The notes: generated from the letters alone by a model not told the origin. A DNA stretch of 64,000 nt from an uncultured Clostridia bacterium (GCA_944391855.1 CALXVB010000002.1:14041-78040); one strand, 5' to 3'; shown: positions 22,806-34,215, numbered from the stretch's first letter. Numbers and translations: made by a program.

Positions 22806-23900
22806 ATGGTAATAGATATGAATTACTTAAACAAAGTAATAAAGAATATTTTTATACTAATATTAAGCATAATAGCAGTGTATCTAGCTTTTAAACTAGC
22901 TATATTCTATATGCCATTTCTTGTCGCATTTATTTTATCACTTATATTAGAACCAATAATTAGATTATTAATGAAAAAAGTAAAATTAACTAGGAAAGCA
23001 AGTGCTATTATTATATTCATTATAGCTATAGCGATTATTGTTGGACTTTTAATATGGATAATTGCAACTTTAGTTACAGAAACGTCTAATTTGCTTTCAA
23101 ATATTAATATATATATAGATACTGGATATAATATGTTTCAAAACCTTGTTTCCAAAATAGATTTAAGCAAGTTTAATATTCCACAAAATGTAATGGATAT
23201 AATTGAAAACTCTGGTTTAGAATTCTTGGGCACAATAACTGACTGGGTAAAAAGTGTACTTACTAAATTAATACAATTTATAACTTCAGTTCCAACTATT
23301 GGAATATACTGTGCTATTACCTTAATTGCTTTATATTTTATGTGTGTAGATAAAATATATATGATAGACCAACTAGAACACCATTTACCTGAAACGTGGG
23401 TAAAAAGAATAGGCGTACATTTGAAAACACTAATAAAATCTTTGGGAGGATATTTAAAAGCAGAATTTATATTAGTCATAATTTCATTTTTTATATCATT
23501 GATTGGACTATATATTTTCTATTTTTTAGGCTGGAATATTGAATTTCCATTATTAATAGCTCTTGGAATAGCATTTGTAGATGCACTTCCGATATTTGGT
23601 TCTGGTACAATTATGCTGCCATGGGCAGGATTTTTGGCATTCACAGGTGATTTAAAATTAGCCATAGGAATTTTTGTTCTATGGTGCATAATGAGTATTG
23701 TAAGACAACTTTTAGAACCAAAAATCATAAGTGGAAGCATTGGCATCCACCCAATATTCACATTAATTGCAATGTATACAGGTTTTAAATTTATAGGTAT
23801 ATTAGGATTACTATTAGGACCTATCATTCTAATAATACTAAAAAATATATATGGAACATTAATAGATAGGGGAGTAGTAAAGTCAATTTTAGCAAGATAG
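22806..23900 (+). CDS. AI-2E family transporter / sporulation integral membrane protein YtvI-like
   Basis: 8 TM segments; C-terminal LGPIILIILKNIYGTLIDRG is typical of UPF0118. Confidence 0.75.
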   Translation: MVIDMNYLNKVIKNIFILILSIIAVYLAFKLAIFYMPFLVAFILSLILEPIIRLLMKKVKLTRKASAIIIFIIAIAIIVGLLIWIIATLVTETSNLLSNINIYIDTGYNMFQNLVSKIDLSKFNIPQNVMDIIENSGLEFLGTITDWVKSVLTKLIQFITSVPTIGIYCAITLIALYFMCVDKIYMIDQLEHHLPETWVKRIGVHLKTLIKSLGGYLKAEFILVIISFFISLIGLYIFYFLGWNIEFPLLIALGIAFVDALPIFGSGTIMLPWAGFLAFTGDLKLAIGIFVLWCIMSIVRQLLEPKIISGSIGIHPIFTLIAMYTGFKFIGILGLLLGPIILIILKNIYGTLIDRGVVKSILAR

Positions 23901-23904
23901 CCTG

Positions 23905-24012
23905 TGAACTTTAGGGACGTTCTTTAAAGTTCAAAATAGCCTAATTTACAATTAAAAAATTAAAACTCTAATTTAATAAAAAATGAACTTTAAAGAACGT
24001 CCCTAAAGTTCA
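23905..24012. repeat. second MITE-like element: same 29-nt arms in inverted orientation, 50-nt unrelated spacer
   Basis: Arms at 23905-23933 and 23984-24012 are 100% identical to those at 17496. Confidence 0.8.
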
Positions 24013-24019
24013 TTTCTTT

Positions 24020-24565
24020 TTATAATACAGTTGAAGTTGTTACAAAACTGTTATCTGGAGGATATACATATTCATCATTAGGTACATTTACTTCTTTTAT
24101 ATTTTCTATTTCAATAATTGGCATTTCTCCATAATAATCACCTTTTGTAATTATTCCTTCTATTTCTACCCAAGTTCCATCTTCATAATTTTTAGCCACA
24201 TCAGAGTGACATAAAAAACCTACTACAACTGTCTGAAAATCAGAAGACACTATCATATTTCTTGCTATTACAAATTGCTCTTCATTAAAATCATACAATC
24301 TATATACGTAACCAATAAAGTGTATTTTTTGTCCTACATATGTATTTATATCATTATGAATCTGTTGAAGAACATTTGTATAGTTACTAGCTGAAATGTC
24401 GTACACCGTATCTTCTGGGAGGTATGAGTCGTTAGTTTTAAAGAAATTATTAAATATTACCCTATAGCAGATAAAAGCTGTAATTATTAATACTATAATA
24501 CACAATATTCCCATTATTATTTTGGCTGTTTTGTTTCCGTTAATCTTAAAATTGAAAATAAACAT
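24020..24565 (-). CDS. hypothetical membrane-anchored protein
   Basis: N-terminal TM then a beta-rich domain. Confidence 0.5.
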   Translation of the reverse strand: MFIFNFKINGNKTAKIIMGILCIIVLIITAFICYRVIFNNFFKTNDSYLPEDTVYDISASNYTNVLQQIHNDINTYVGQKIHFIGYVYRLYDFNEEQFVIARNMIVSSDFQTVVVGFLCHSDVAKNYEDGTWVEIEGIITKGDYYGEMPIIEIENIKEVNVPNDEYVYPPDNSFVTTSTVL

Positions 24566-24770
24566 AGAATTCTCCTTTTTATAGAATTAAAGTTATGATA
24601 ATAATATATATCTTGATTAATATAATAATATTAATATATATATATAATTATGAATTAAATTATTATGGATTTATTTATAATATAAGATAATTCATAAGAA
24701 GTAATTGACAAAAATAAAATAGTGTTATATAAATTAAATAAGTTTAAAATTTAAAGGGGAGGTAAGTAAA

Positions 24771-25802
24771 ATGGCTGAAAACGAAAACAAGAATAGTGAA
24801 AATACAGAAGTAAATGAAGCAAATAATGTAAACAATGGAAATGCTGAAATTAAGAATGATGAGGGGACTAAAGTCAATGAGACTACTCAAGTAAATCCAG
24901 AGGCTTCAAATAATAATCCCACAGTAAATGTTCAAACAGAAACTTCAAGTAATACTGTAAATACAAGTAATACAAATAATACTAATAACGAGGGTTCTAA
25001 AACAGAAAAGAAAAAATCTAACACAGGATTAATTGTTACTATAATAATATTAGTAGTAATAATAGTAGCGTTAATTGTTGGAGGAATATTTTTATTAGTA
25101 AGTGGTACTTTTAAAGATTTATTAGGCAATTCTAATATATTAGATACTGCTGATACTGTAAATGAAGTAGAAAGTATAAATACAGAAGCTGAAAATCCGA
25201 ATCTTTCAGATTTACTAGGAAATACAAATACTATGAATAATGAAAATACAAACTCTACAGATACTAATTCAGTAGATAATAATACGACTGTTACAGGTTC
25301 TAATGGTACTGCTAGAACTTCATCTTTAGAAAATCCTTTACAAGTAGGCGAGTGGGGAATAGCTTCTAAATATAATACTAATACAAGTTCAAATCAAAAT
25401 GTAAATATTAAAGTTACAAATATTATTAGAGGCGATGGTGCTAAAGCTATGGCACAAGAATATATGTCAAGTGACTATAGCATATATGAATATGAAGAAC
25501 CAGAAGCATATTTAGAGTGGGTTGTTATAGAATATGACGTAGATTTTGCAGATACATATATTCCTGGTGAACTTGGTGCAAGTCCAAATGTTAACGCGAC
25601 AATTTCTGGACCAGATGGTTCATCAATAAAATATAATGGAATTACATATATTACTTCAACATTAGAAATAGGATCGAGAGACTATATACAAACCAAAACA
25701 GGTTCAGGAAAGATATTAACTCAAATTCCTATTGGTTGTACAGATTATATAGTTCAATTTGGTGTATATAATGGTACTACAGCATATTTTCAAGGCAAAT
25801 AA
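24771..25802 (+). CDS. hypothetical membrane-anchored protein with N/T/S-rich linker (DUF4352-like C-terminal domain?)
   Basis: GGAGG RBS, N-rich low-complexity segment, one TM, ~200-aa C-terminal domain. Confidence 0.55.
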   Translation: MAENENKNSENTEVNEANNVNNGNAEIKNDEGTKVNETTQVNPEASNNNPTVNVQTETSSNTVNTSNTNNTNNEGSKTEKKKSNTGLIVTIIILVVIIVALIVGGIFLLVSGTFKDLLGNSNILDTADTVNEVESINTEAENPNLSDLLGNTNTMNNENTNSTDTNSVDNNTTVTGSNGTARTSSLENPLQVGEWGIASKYNTNTSSNQNVNIKVTNIIRGDGAKAMAQEYMSSDYSIYEYEEPEAYLEWVVIEYDVDFADTYIPGELGASPNVNATISGPDGSSIKYNGITYITSTLEIGSRDYIQTKTGSGKILTQIPIGCTDYIVQFGVYNGTTAYFQGK

Positions 25803-25960
25803 TATATAAAAATTTGTAAAAGAATTGTATGAAATTTGTATAAAGAGATAAAACGCAAGCCGTTTTATCTCTTTTTTCTTTTATTTCAGGTTGATATTTT
25901 AATAAAAAAGTGATATAGTAACAAAGAATAATTTAACAGAGAGAAAGGAAAGAATACAAA

Positions 25961-28705
25961 ATGGGTTTATTTAAATCATATAGCGAAAAAGAAGTAAAAA
26001 GAATTATGCCATTAGTCAAGAAAATTAATGACTTGGAAGAAGATATACAAAAATTATCTGATAGTGAGTTAAGAAATAAAACTTCTGAATTTAAAAAAAG
26101 ATTAAAAGAAGGAGAAACATTAGATGATTTACTACCAGAGGCTTTTGCTGTGGTAAGAGAAGCTTCAAAAAGAGTATTAGGTATGAGACATTTCGATGTA
26201 CAATTAATAGGTGGGATTATCTTACACCAAGGTAGAATTGCCGAAATGAAAACTGGTGAGGGTAAAACTTTAGTTGCAACTCTTCCTGTATACTTAAATT
26301 CGTTAACAGAGAAGGGAGTTCACGTAATCACAGTTAATGATTACCTAGCAAAAAGAGATAGTGAATGGATGGGAAAAGTATATAAATTTTTAGGCTTAAC
26401 TGTAGGTTTAGCAATAGCTGGAATGAATCCTAGTGAAAAACAAAAAGCATATAATTGTGATGTAACATACGGAACTAACAACGAATTTGGATTTGATTAT
26501 TTAAGAGATAACATGGTTATATACAAAAACCAATTAGTACAAAGAAAATTAAATTATGCAATAGTGGATGAGATTGATAGTATATTAATAGATGAAGCAC
26601 GTACACCTCTTATTATTTCAGGTAGAGGTTCACAGTCTTCTGATTTATACAAAAAAGCAGATAATTTTGTTAGAAAATTAACCCCAAAAGTTATTGTGGA
26701 AGAAGACGTTAAAAATTATGAACAAGCAGAGGATAATGAAAAATACGACTATATAGTAGACTTAAAAGCTAAATCTGCTTCACTTACTCAAAAAGGTATT
26801 AAAAAAGCAGAGCGAGAATTTGGACTAGAAAACTTCAATGATATCGAAAATTCAGAATTAGTACATAATGTAAACCAAGCATTACGAGCTCATGGAATTA
26901 TGAAAAAAGATATAGACTATATTGTAAAAGATGGAGAAGTTCTAATTGTTGATGAATTTACTGGTCGTATTATGTATGGAAGAAGATATAACAATGGACT
27001 TCACCAAGCAATAGAAGCAAAAGAACATGTAAAAATAGCTGATGAATCTAAAACTTTAGCTACAATTACATTCCAAAATTATTTTAGAATGTACGATAAA
27101 TTATCTGGTATGACAGGTACTGCAATGACAGAAGAGGCGGAATTTGAAGAAATATACAAATTAGACGTTATAGAAATTCCAACAAACAAGCCAATGATAA
27201 GAATAGATCATCCAGATATAATATATAAAAATGAAAATGCTAAATATAGAGCTGTAATTGAAGATATAAAAGAAAGTCACAAAAAAGGTCAACCAGTTTT
27301 AGTTGGTACAGTTTCAATTGAGAAATCAGAAAAGTTAAGTAAATTACTTACAAAAGAAGGAATTAAACATGAAGTATTAAATGCTAAATTCCATGAGAAA
27401 GAAGCTTCTATAGTAGCACAAGCAGGTAAATTTGGAAGTGTTACAATAGCTACAAACATGGCAGGTCGTGGTACTGATATTATGCTTGGAGGAAATAGTG
27501 AATTTTTAGCAAAACAAGAAATGGCAAAATTACAATATACTCCAGAACTAATAGAACAATCAACTACATTTAATGAGACTGATGATGAAGAAATACTAGA
27601 AGCTAGAAAGAAATATAAAGAATTAGAAGAAAAATTTGCTAAAGAGATAAAAGAAGAAAAAGAAAAGGTAATAGCAGCCGGAGGTCTTAAAATAATCGGT
27701 ACAGAAAGACATGAATCAAGAAGAATAGATAACCAGTTAAGAGGACGTAGTGGTCGTCAAGGAGATCCGGGTGAATCTAAATTCTATATTGGCTTAGATG
27801 ACGATTTAATGAAAATCTTTGGTGGAGATATGATTACTAACTTATACAACACATTAGGTGCAGATGAAAACATGCCGATTCAGTCTAAAATGCTATCTAA
27901 AGCTGTTGAAAATGCTCAAAAGAAAGTAGAAGGACGTAATTTTACAATAAGAAAAAATGTACTTCAATATGATGACGTTATGAATACTCAAAGAGAAATC
28001 ATATACAAACAAAGAAGAGAAGTATTAGATGGTGAAAACTTAAAAAATAGCATAGAGAAAATAATTGATAATGTTGCTAGTAGATTAGTTGACTCATATA
28101 CTACTGAAGACGGAATAAATAAAGAAGCATTAATGCAAGATATTTCTACCACATTTGGAATAACAAATTTAGATTCACTAAATAAAGAGAAAATAAATAG
28201 TGATAATGTAAGTAAAGAATTGATAGAAGCAGCTCATAATAAATATGATGAAAAAGAAAAAGAATTTGGTGAAAATGTTTTAAGAGAACTTGAAAGAGTT
28301 GTAATGCTAAAAATAGTTGATGAAAGATGGATGGACCACATAGACGCAATGGATGAATTAAAAGATGGTATTGGTCTTCGTGCTTATGGTCAAAAAGATC
28401 CTGTTGTACAATATAGAATAGAAGGGTTTGACATGTTTGACCAAATGATTGCAGACATTCAACTAAATGTTGTAAAAGTATTAATGAACGCAAGAAAGAG
28501 GGAAGGACTACCAAATAGACAGGAATCTGTAAAAATTACAGGAGAAGGTCTAGAAAGTAGCAATATGTCTTTAAAAGATAATTCGCCAAAACAAGAAAAA
28601 ACTCACACACCTATAGTAAACACAGAGCCAAAAGTAGGAAGAAATGACCCTTGTCCTTGTGGTTCAGGTAAAAAATATAAGAATTGCTGCGGTAAAAATG
28701 CATAA
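25961..28705 (+). CDS. secA: preprotein translocase ATPase SecA
   Basis: 914 aa with DEAD motor motifs and the C-terminal SEC-C zinc finger [14 protein letters not shown]. Confidence 0.97.
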   Translation: MGLFKSYSEKEVKRIMPLVKKINDLEEDIQKLSDSELRNKTSEFKKRLKEGETLDDLLPEAFAVVREASKRVLGMRHFDVQLIGGIILHQGRIAEMKTGEGKTLVATLPVYLNSLTEKGVHVITVNDYLAKRDSEWMGKVYKFLGLTVGLAIAGMNPSEKQKAYNCDVTYGTNNEFGFDYLRDNMVIYKNQLVQRKLNYAIVDEIDSILIDEARTPLIISGRGSQSSDLYKKADNFVRKLTPKVIVEEDVKNYEQAEDNEKYDYIVDLKAKSASLTQKGIKKAEREFGLENFNDIENSELVHNVNQALRAHGIMKKDIDYIVKDGEVLIVDEFTGRIMYGRRYNNGLHQAIEAKEHVKIADESKTLATITFQNYFRMYDKLSGMTGTAMTEEAEFEEIYKLDVIEIPTNKPMIRIDHPDIIYKNENAKYRAVIEDIKESHKKGQPVLVGTVSIEKSEKLSKLLTKEGIKHEVLNAKFHEKEASIVAQAGKFGSVTIATNMAGRGTDIMLGGNSEFLAKQEMAKLQYTPELIEQSTTFNETDDEEILEARKKYKELEEKFAKEIKEEKEKVIAAGGLKIIGTERHESRRIDNQLRGRSGRQGDPGESKFYIGLDDDLMKIFGGDMITNLYNTLGADENMPIQSKMLSKAVENAQKKVEGRNFTIRKNVLQYDDVMNTQREIIYKQRREVLDGENLKNSIEKIIDNVASRLVDSYTTEDGINKEALMQDISTTFGITNLDSLNKEKINSDNVSKELIEAAHNKYDEKEKEFGENVLRELERVVMLKIVDERWMDHIDAMDELKDGIGLRAYGQKDPVVQYRIEGFDMFDQMIADIQLNVVKVLMNARKREGLPNRQESVKITGEGLESSNMSLKDNSPKQEKTHTPIVNTEPKVGRNDPCPCGSGKKYKNCCGKNA

Positions 28706-28994
28706 TACCAAGGGTTACAGAGTTTCTAAAAATAAAAAAACAGTAAAAAATTAGTAAACTATTGCCAAATTGTTGTCAAACTAAAATAAAATCTCTGAAA
28801 TCATTGAAAATACTGGAATTTATCTTGGCGACAGAACTGACGACAAATTGAATACGATGTTTAATACTAAAAAGCTAACATATAAAGTGTTAGCTTATTT
28901 TTTAATTTACAATTAATAAATATTTCTATATTAAAAAGGGAAAATAAATAATTATAATAAATATAATAAAAACTTATTTTCCCTTAAACATCTT

Positions 28995-29426
28995 TCACCA
29001 AAGGATTCTGTAATTACAGACAGTTGAAGGATCTAATTCTTCTGCCTGATGCCATCTCCAAAATCCATCATCATCTATATAACCATAAGAATAGTCTATT
29101 GGTGTTGGACATATATAATAGCCTTTAGCAGAAACCCAATCCTTAACGGAAGAAATTAGTGGGAACGGAAGAATAAATTCCGCTATATAATTCCCATTAT
29201 TTATATGCTCATACAAACTATTGAGAATAAATAGTTTTTGAAGATATACTTTATCTTCAAAGGAAAGACTTTCGGGTGAGGCAGAATTAAGATATTCAAA
29301 ATCTTTGAGTTCTTTATCAACCAAAGATAACAATTTTCTTTTCTTTCTATTTTTATATCGATGGCTAATTTCTGAATATCTTCGTGCATCATGAAAGTCT
29401 AGCAAAGTAACATTCCGTTCTAACAT
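28995..29426 (-). CDS. hypothetical protein (first gene inside the island)
   Basis: 143-aa ORF. Confidence 0.45.
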   Translation of the reverse strand: MLERNVTLLDFHDARRYSEISHRYKNRKKRKLLSLVDKELKDFEYLNSASPESLSFEDKVYLQKLFILNSLYEHINNGNYIAEFILPFPLISSVKDWVSAKGYYICPTPIDYSYGYIDDDGFWRWHQAEELDPSTVCNYRILW

Positions 29427-29711
29427 ATTAAATCATCCTTTCTTAAAATTCACTGTACATGGTTACATAATAATTATTACACAAATATATTAGAAAGTCA
29501 AGGAAAATAAAACAATCAGACGAAAATTGTTATATAATTTTTTGAATTCTAATCTAATAGTTCCTATATATTTTTGTAGAGTACAATTAGATTGATTATA
29601 AATGGATAAAATAACAAAAAAGAAAAGAAGATATAAAAAGAAAAAACAATAAAAATATTGAAGCTTTATGTAAAATGTGCTAATATATAATTGTAAACTT
29701 TTTGGATAAGA

Positions 29712-29753
29712 AATAGCAATTAATTAATGAAATTGTATTAATTAATTGCTATT
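29712..29753. promoter_or_regulatory. perfect 17-bp inverted repeat AATAGCAATTAATTAAT-N8-ATTAATTAATTGCTATT between the extended -10 (TGCTAATATATAAT) and cdsB-like start: putative repressor operator
   Basis: Perfect palindrome with no downstream T-run, so operator-like rather than a terminator. Confidence 0.5.
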
Positions 29754-29807
29754 TCAGAAGTTCAAAAAAAAATATACAGCATGGTCATAAAAAAGGAGGA
29801 AAATATT

Positions 29808-31097
29808 ATGACTAATAAACAAAAAGAATTGATGGGTAACTTATTACGGAGTAACTTGTTAGTTTCAACAGGTTGCACAGAACCAATTGCTATAGCCTAT
29901 GCAGCAGCAGTAGCAAGAACTTATTTGAATGAAGAACCTGCAGATATTACATTGCATATTAGTAAAAATATGGCTAAAAATGCAATGGATGCTGGAATTC
30001 CAAATTCAAAATATACAGGTACAGCATTTGTAGCTTCGCTTGGAGCCTTATATGCTAATCCAAAAGATGGTTTTCAATTGCTTGAAAATCTTTCGGATGA
30101 ACAGCATAAAGTGGCAAATCATTTTGCAAAAGAACATGTAAATATCGAAATTGCCGATACAGACAAAGCATTGTATATTGAAGTAGAAATGCAAGGAATT
30201 AAAGTTAAGGCTTCTAGAGATCCCTGTCGATGTTGTAATACTGTTAAGTTAATTGTAACTGATGGACATACTAATGTCAATTTGATTGAAGTAAATGGTG
30301 AAAAAGTATTTGAGTTTAGCATTGACGAATCTACTTCTGAAAGTAAAAATACGGAGAAAATAGATTTTTCTATGAAAGAAGTGTTCGAATATGCAGAAGA
30401 ACTTGAAGATTTACAGATTTTCCAAAAAGCTCTTGACTTAAACAAAAAATTAAGTGAAGTTGGTAAAAGAGATAATTGGGGGTTGAATGTTGGAAAAATA
30501 AAACCTTTCGGTGAAGACACTGCTTTGTCAAGAATTATATCTTCAACAACTTCGGCGATTGATGCAAGAATGGCAGGTGCTCCATATCCCGCTATGGCTT
30601 GTACAGGAAGTGGTAATCAAGGAATTTCCACAACTATACCAGTTTATCAAGCTGGTATCGAGCTTAATGCTAGTATGGATAAAATTTTACGAGCAATAGC
30701 AATAAGCGATTTGACAGCCATCTTTGTAAAGAGAAACTTAAATGTTCTTTCTTACTTATGTGGTGCAGTAATAGCAAGTTGTGGATCTTCTGCAGGAATC
30801 ACTTATTTGCTGGGAGGAGATTATGAAGATGCAGAATATGCAGTAAAAAATGTTTTAGCATCTGTTACTGGAATGTTCTGTGATGGGGCTAAAAGCACGT
30901 GTGCTATGAAGGTCTTGGTTTGTTCCACAATGGCTGTTTATGCAGCTAATATGGCAATGTTAAGTAATAGTAAAATTACACAGAAAATCGGAATCGCTAG
31001 AGAAAGTCTTATAGATACAATAAAAAATGTATCTATACTGGAAAGCGAAACCTCACAAACCATGGATGATACAATAATGAAAATTATTGTAAAGTGA
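29808..31097 (+). CDS. L-cysteine desulfidase family protein (CdsB/YhaM, UPF0597)
   Basis: STGCTEPIAIAYAAA motif; AAGGAGGAAA RBS; holds the only in-frame CGG codon seen (LLRSN, 29851). Confidence 0.7.
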   Translation: MTNKQKELMGNLLRSNLLVSTGCTEPIAIAYAAAVARTYLNEEPADITLHISKNMAKNAMDAGIPNSKYTGTAFVASLGALYANPKDGFQLLENLSDEQHKVANHFAKEHVNIEIADTDKALYIEVEMQGIKVKASRDPCRCCNTVKLIVTDGHTNVNLIEVNGEKVFEFSIDESTSESKNTEKIDFSMKEVFEYAEELEDLQIFQKALDLNKKLSEVGKRDNWGLNVGKIKPFGEDTALSRIISSTTSAIDARMAGAPYPAMACTGSGNQGISTTIPVYQAGIELNASMDKILRAIAISDLTAIFVKRNLNVLSYLCGAVIASCGSSAGITYLLGGDYEDAEYAVKNVLASVTGMFCDGAKSTCAMKVLVCSTMAVYAANMAMLSNSKITQKIGIARESLIDTIKNVSILESETSQTMDDTIMKIIVK

Positions 31098-31117
31098 AAT
31101 GTAAAATTTGAACTTCG

Positions 31118-31150
31118 AATTGGGTGTCCTATTAGGGCACCCAATTCAAG
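31118..31150 (+). terminator. rho-independent terminator after cdsB-like
   Basis: GAATTGGGTGTCC-tatta-GGGCACCCAATTC hairpin. Confidence 0.75.
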
Positions 31151-31212
31151 TGTAAAAGAATAAAAAGTTAAAAGTTAAATAAAAAGCTAAATAAAAAAAG
31201 TTAAAAATAGTG

Positions 31213-31241
31213 TTGACAAAAATAATTAAAAATCATATAAT
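31213..31241 (+). promoter_or_regulatory. perfect sigma-A consensus promoter TTGACA-N17-TATAAT
   Basis: An exact match to both hexamers with a 17-nt spacer. Confidence 0.7.
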
Positions 31242-31273
31242 AAAATAAATCAAGAAAGAAAGGAAAGATATAA

Positions 31274-31318
31274 ATGATATTAATAAATATAATCTCTAAT
31301 TGCTGTTGTATGAATTAA
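31274..31318 (+). CDS. 14-aa leader peptide MILINIISNCCCMN with three consecutive Cys codons (attenuator leader)
   Basis: RBS AAAGGAAAG; TGC TGT TGT at 31301-31309. Overlapping stem 31310-31354, then a terminator. Lies upstream of the cysK-like gene. Confidence 0.5.
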   Translation: MILINIISNCCCMN

Positions 31319-31393
31319 TACTCTGTCTATTGTAGACATGAGTATTAAAATTCATGCCTACAGAGAGATTATATTTTATAAGATAAATTATAA

Positions 31394-31432
31394 AACTATG
31401 TGGGCATTTTTAATACTACACATAGTTTTTTT
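31394..31432 (+). terminator. attenuator terminator: 9-bp stem AACTATGTG/CACATAGTT, 15-nt loop, T7
   Basis: Segment 31340-31358 can alternatively pair with the terminator loop and 5' flank (GGCATTTTTAATACT). Confidence 0.7.
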
Positions 31433-31474
31433 ATTGTTATATATAAAAATAAAAAAAGATTTAGGAGGGTTAAT

Positions 31475-32446
31475 ATGTTTAAAAAGAATGAATTTATAGG
31501 AAATACACCAATGATAAAAATAATTTATAAATATAATGGTAAGATAAAAAAAATATTTGTTAAACTAGAATATTTTAATTTAACTGGAAGTATTAAAGAT
31601 AGAGTGGCTTTTTATATAATTAATAATGCTAAAAAAAGAGGAAAATTAAAAGATGGAATGGCAATAGTCGAAGCAACAAGTGGAAATACAGGTATCGCAC
31701 TATCAGCATTAGGAACTTACTATAAACATCCAGTATATATTTTTATGCCTGATTGGGCAAGTAAAGAAAGAATTAAATTAATGGAAGGATATGGTGCTAA
31801 AGTATTTTTGATTTCAAAAGAAGATGGAGGATTTATAAGGTGTGTAAATGAAGCAAAAAAATTATCTAAAGAACTAGATGGCTATTTGTCTAATCAATTT
31901 GCGAATGAAGATAATTATTTAGCTCATTATGAAACTACCGGAGAAGAAATATTAAATCAAATCCCAGAAAAAATAGGAGGTTTTGTATCTGGTATAGGTA
32001 CAGGAGGAACTTTGATGGGAATAGGAGATAAATTAAAAGAAAAATATAATAATATATATATAACAGCTATTGAACCAGATAAAATGCCTATACTATCTGG
32101 TGGAAAAATATTAGGACAACACAAAATAGAAGGAATTGGTGATGATTTTGTTCCAGAATTAGTAGATAAAAATAAAATTGATAAAATTATACAAATAAAT
32201 GATGATGATGCAATTAACATGTCTAGAAAATTATCAAGACAATTAGGAATAGGAGTTGGAATTTCATCTGGTGCAAATTTGATTGGTAGTATATTGCTTT
32301 CAGATGAAATAGAAGATAATGTAGTTACAGTGTTTGCCGATGATAATAAGAAATATTTATCCACAGACTTGTTTAAAGACATCGATAATAATAAAGAATT
32401 TATTTCCAACAATGTTGAATTATTAAGTTATGAAGAGTTGCATTAA
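31475..32446 (+). CDS. cysteine synthase family PLP enzyme (CysK/CysM-like)
   Basis: SIKDR lysine motif, TSGNTGIA, GTGGT, SSGAN. The ORF-track start at 31400 lies inside the terminator; real start ATG 31475 with AGGAGGG RBS. Confidence 0.85.
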   Translation: MFKKNEFIGNTPMIKIIYKYNGKIKKIFVKLEYFNLTGSIKDRVAFYIINNAKKRGKLKDGMAIVEATSGNTGIALSALGTYYKHPVYIFMPDWASKERIKLMEGYGAKVFLISKEDGGFIRCVNEAKKLSKELDGYLSNQFANEDNYLAHYETTGEEILNQIPEKIGGFVSGIGTGGTLMGIGDKLKEKYNNIYITAIEPDKMPILSGGKILGQHKIEGIGDDFVPELVDKNKIDKIIQINDDDAINMSRKLSRQLGIGVGISSGANLIGSILLSDEIEDNVVTVFADDNKKYLSTDLFKDIDNNKEFISNNVELLSYEELH

Positions 32447-32724
32447 GTAAAATATTTGATAGTTTTGTAATAATAATAAAACTGTAACAATAAAAATATA
32501 ATAATTAAATTAACAATAAAAGAAAATAAGTATAAAATATATAAGTAATTAGTGGAAATCTTGAGAAATAACTATGATTATGATATAATAACAGTATTCA
32601 ATCATATAGTTATTGCCTAAAAAATTTTAGGCGATGAATTAAAATACATCGTTTAAACTTTTAAGGTAATACTATCTGTTTGTAAGCAACTCAAAAAAAG
32701 CAAATTTTAAGGAGGTCATTAACA

Positions 32725-34197
32725 ATGAAAATCACAAACTCTATGAGCGGAAAAAAAGAAGAATTTGTACCTTTAAAAGAGGGCGAAGTAAAAATGTATG
32801 CTTGCGGTATCACTGTATATGATTTAAGCCACATTGGTCATGCTAGGCAAGCAATCGACTATGCTATGATTACGGATTATCTCAGGTATAGGGGATATCA
32901 CGTAACATACGTACGTAATTATACTGATGTTGATGACAAAATCATCATAAAAGCTAATGAGTTAGGGAAAAATGCTTTGGATTTTTCTGGAGAGCAGATT
33001 CTTGAGACTGAGAAGGACATGAAAGCATTACATGTTACAGATGCAGATATAAAGACTAAAGCATCTGAGTATATTCCACAAATTATAAAATTTGTGGAAG
33101 GTCTTATCGAAAAAGGTCATGCATATGCAACAAAGAATGGAGATGTTTATTTTTCAGTAAAGACAGATAGTGAATATGGGAAATTATCTCATAGAAAAGT
33201 AGAGGAACTGCGAAATGGTGTACGTGTCGAACTAGACGAAGAAAAAGAGGATCCAGTTGACTTTGCTTTGTGGAAAGCTGCAAAACCTGGAGAGATTTAT
33301 TGGGAATCTCCTTGGGGAAAAGGAAGACCAGGTTGGCATATTGAATGCTCAGCTATGGCTTTAGATACTCTTGGAGAAACAATTGATATTCATGGTGGAG
33401 GAAGAGATTTAGTATTTCCACATCACGAAAATGAAATTGCACAAAGTGAATCTTTGACAGGCAAACCTTTTGCAAAATACTGGAGTCATTGCGGTCTGAT
33501 AAAGATCAATGGACAAAAAATGGGAAAATCGTTGGGAAATTCCTTAACAATAAGGGATGCTTTAGCAAAGTATAATTATGAAGTGATTAAATGCACTATA
33601 CTTTCTAAACACTACACATCAGATATTGATTTGCATGATAGCGATTTTCAGCTTGCAGAAGGTCATATGTACTATTTTTATAGTACAATCAAAGCAATGG
33701 AAAATTTTATTTCTAGCAATGGGGGAGATGCTACATCTGAAATTCTCGAAGACGAAATTCCAAATACTATCATTTCTAAATTTATTGAAGTGATGGATGA
33801 TGACTTTAACTCAGCAGTAGCAATTGCAAATTTGCACACAATCTTCAAATATGCAAATAACTTAATGAAATCTGCCAAGAAAGCAAACAAACAGATAGTA
33901 GCCAATACTTTGGCAAAGGCTTTGAAAGATTTGAAAAGTGTTTACAAAATTTTAGGCTTTTTTGAGCAAGAACCAGAGAGATTCCTTTTAGAAATGAAGG
34001 AAAAATACCTTAAAGAGCTTAATATCGATGTAGACGAGGTTGAAACCCAGATTTTAAAGAGAGCAGAGGCTAAAAAGAGAAAGGACTTTGAAACAGCTGA
34101 TGCAATTAGAAATGAGCTTGAAGCAAAAGGTATTCTTTTGAAGGATACTAGGGAAGGTACTGTCTGGGATTTGAAAATGCTTTATAACTTTAATTAA
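32725..34197 (+). CDS. cysS: cysteinyl-tRNA synthetase
   Basis: HIGH (SHIGHAR), KMGKS (KMGKSLGN), zinc ligands, full anticodon-binding domain; AAGGAGGT RBS. Confidence 0.95.
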   Translation: MKITNSMSGKKEEFVPLKEGEVKMYACGITVYDLSHIGHARQAIDYAMITDYLRYRGYHVTYVRNYTDVDDKIIIKANELGKNALDFSGEQILETEKDMKALHVTDADIKTKASEYIPQIIKFVEGLIEKGHAYATKNGDVYFSVKTDSEYGKLSHRKVEELRNGVRVELDEEKEDPVDFALWKAAKPGEIYWESPWGKGRPGWHIECSAMALDTLGETIDIHGGGRDLVFPHHENEIAQSESLTGKPFAKYWSHCGLIKINGQKMGKSLGNSLTIRDALAKYNYEVIKCTILSKHYTSDIDLHDSDFQLAEGHMYYFYSTIKAMENFISSNGGDATSEILEDEIPNTIISKFIEVMDDDFNSAVAIANLHTIFKYANNLMKSAKKANKQIVANTLAKALKDLKSVYKILGFFEQEPERFLLEMKEKYLKELNIDVDEVETQILKRAEAKKRKDFETADAIRNELEAKGILLKDTREGTVWDLKMLYNFN

Positions 34198-34215
34198 AAA
34201 GTTGTAAGGTGAAAT

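Noticed and set aside
31400-31474. ORF-track start of the cysK-like gene at 31400
   Set aside because: It lies inside the attenuator terminator stem. A proper ATG with AGGAGGG RBS is at 31475.
32447-32724. T-box or S-box riboswitch in the 278-nt leader of cysS
   Set aside because: No T-box consensus (AATTAGGGTGGTACCGCG) or S-box core was found; only a hairpin at 32618-32637 without a T-run.
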